This document shows positions 62,044-64,000 of a stretch of 64,000 nucleotides of DNA, in pieces. Each line of letters starts with the position of its first letter. Position 1 is the first letter of the stretch. The stretch lies in NCBI GenBank assembly GCA_965202585.1, contig OZ241826.1:114948001-115012000 (forward strand), written 5' to 3'. The stretch is from Thalia democratica. Lineage: Eukaryota. A program made the translations under genes and the position numbers. The notes under the pieces were generated by a model. It was not told where the DNA came from, did not search any database, and worked only from the letters and a program-made list of their open reading frames with translations.

Positions 62044-64000
62044 AACATATTTTTTTGAAAAATACTGATTGTTGTTTTATTTTTTAAAATACTAGATTAA
62101 AATAAGTTTGGTATTAATAAACTTGTAACAAAAACACCTACCTATCAAAGTATAATTTGACTTTTGTGTTGTTATAATACTTACTAAGTAAAAATTTAAA
62201 CCTTTTGATATAGTTTTAAGATCAACTTTAACTCAATATTTAATATAGTATTATTATTGTAAGTATGTGACAAAAGGTAATAAAGTAGTTACGATTGAAA
62301 AAAAAAAACAGTGTACAATTTGTTTGTTATTTGAAATATCTTAATACTCTTCGAGCTACTTACGTCTGAGTTTTAATTGGAAATGCTACAGTAAATGTTT
62401 GGCAGTTTTGACAGATACGCAGTAGCTTCCAAACAATTTTGATTTTTAGTTGATCTGCGATCGAATGCGAGTTATTTATATTTTAATTTATTTATGTGTT
62501 CCAATTTTATATAGATTAACACTAGCATAAATGCCTGGACTTATTAGTAAACTAATTTCTTAACAAACTTATATCAGTTAAAACTTAAAATTTCATGATC
62601 GAGTAGTTTTAACAATAAAATATTAATGTCAAACTCAACAATATCTATACAACGGTCAACCTCATCAGTTTTGTATAAGTCAGCGCTAATTTTTCTATAA
62701 AAGGATACTCGACATCTGCAGTTGTTACTAATAATATGCCATATCGTTAACTTAACCTATTTTATAGAGTTAAACTATAAGTATAATATATATAGATAAA
62801 AGATTAAACCTTGCTAAGTGCTTAGTCTCGTGAATAGCAATTATATAAGTAAATATAATAACAATACACTGCTATGAGTTTAAAACTTAAAAAAAATTGG
62901 ATAAAAAGCTTTTAAGTTACAGAAATAGAACATTCAAACAACCTATCAAACAAGTTTTAATTTGTTTAAATGTAGAATACTTTATAAAAATAAATTCATA
63001 TAGATAGTAATTTAAAGTTATATTAAATAAAAACTTTATTTTTGATGAGTTAAATTACACTAATTCTAATAAACTTACAAGCACTTTCTACGATATATAA
63101 GTATAGATCTTTTACTCATAGACAGGTACTCTCAATAATCTTAATTTATAAAAACAGAATATGGTTTAAAATGTATTTTATATATATATCAACAAGCAAT
63201 TGAAATTGCATTACATCAGTAATATTTTTATGGTTATCTGACTTCACACATTTATATTCTAAATAAAAAACTAAAAGTAAAACATCACAAGAACTTTGCT
63301 TTTACATTAGAAACAAAAAGTTCAATTTTACAGATAAAATTTTCATATTTAGTATAACTATGACTTCAAAATAAATCAAAATCAGTTGAAAGGTTTTTAA
63401 TATATGCTCTTAATTATAAGCTTTCATTTAAGATATTAATTATAAGTCTAGCACATGTATAAGTAATATATTTACTGTTTAAGTCAAAAAATCGAAGAAA
63501 ATGTAATATTTTGGGTTAAAATTAGTTCTTTACGCCGCGACTTTTTTTTTGCAAAATTTTTATCTTTTATTTTAGATTCTTTTTAACTAAGGAAAATCAC
63601 AACCGAATAATATGTCCTCATACGAATTTTACAATATGATCAAAATGTGCTGTTTTCCCTACCTCTACTGAATGCGTAGGCATACTGTTAGAGGTCAATG
63701 TTTAAACTGACTTAAGTAAGTAGATACTGCTGAACGTTCAGATTGATATAATTCAACTGTATTCGAGGGCTTATAAATGTAACAAACGGTTAAATATTAT
63801 ATGCTTTATGGCATAATGAAAACTCAGTTCGAGTTATACGCTAGTTATACAACGTTGCTAAACTCGAACCACTATTAGTAAGCTTATGCAGCATACGTCA
63901 ATTTTTTAATTGAGTTTATTAAAATCAAATACTTATATAAATTAAAATTAAAAATTATGAATTTATTAATAGTAGTCTTAGATAAAAATTAAATGTTTTA

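Noticed and set aside
63825-63872. Short inverted repeat GTTCGAGTT...AACTCGAAC
   Set aside because: Only ~9-10 bp; may be a pogo/Tc1-type MITE scrap but there are no termini or TSD to support a call.

Overview
This is a very AT-rich eukaryotic window (roughly 20-25% GC by eye, GT-AG introns; organism not identifiable from sequence alone). It holds a local cluster of paralogous two-exon BACK-Kelch (KLHL-like) genes, labelled here A-E. A (-, exon 1 only at 706-900, frameshifted; exon 2 lies off the left edge). B (+, 14409-16275, pseudogene). C (-, 24491-27440, one nonsense codon). D (+, 41585-44230, open, with an altered C-terminus). E (+, 58872-62043, intact). There are also at least two badly decayed kelch fossils. 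Each gene has a ~196-nt exon 1, a phase-1 intron and a ~1.4-kb exon 2 encoding BACK plus six kelch blades. No canonical BTB domain is visible. Most intergenic DNA is repeated copies of one 5-10 kb upstream module in alternating orientation, giving divergent pairs (A/B, C/D) and a large inverted repeat around 31.8-37.2 kb. The module carries several MITE-like elements with 6-bp target-site duplications, an inverted pair of ~168-bp tandem arrays, an 87-bp minisatellite and foldback elements. The most notable signal is a fast-turnover kelch family with hypervariable propeller loops, mosaic (converted or chimeric) paralogues, and non-coding flanks more conserved than the kelch coding region. No rRNA, tRNA or CRISPR array was recognised.
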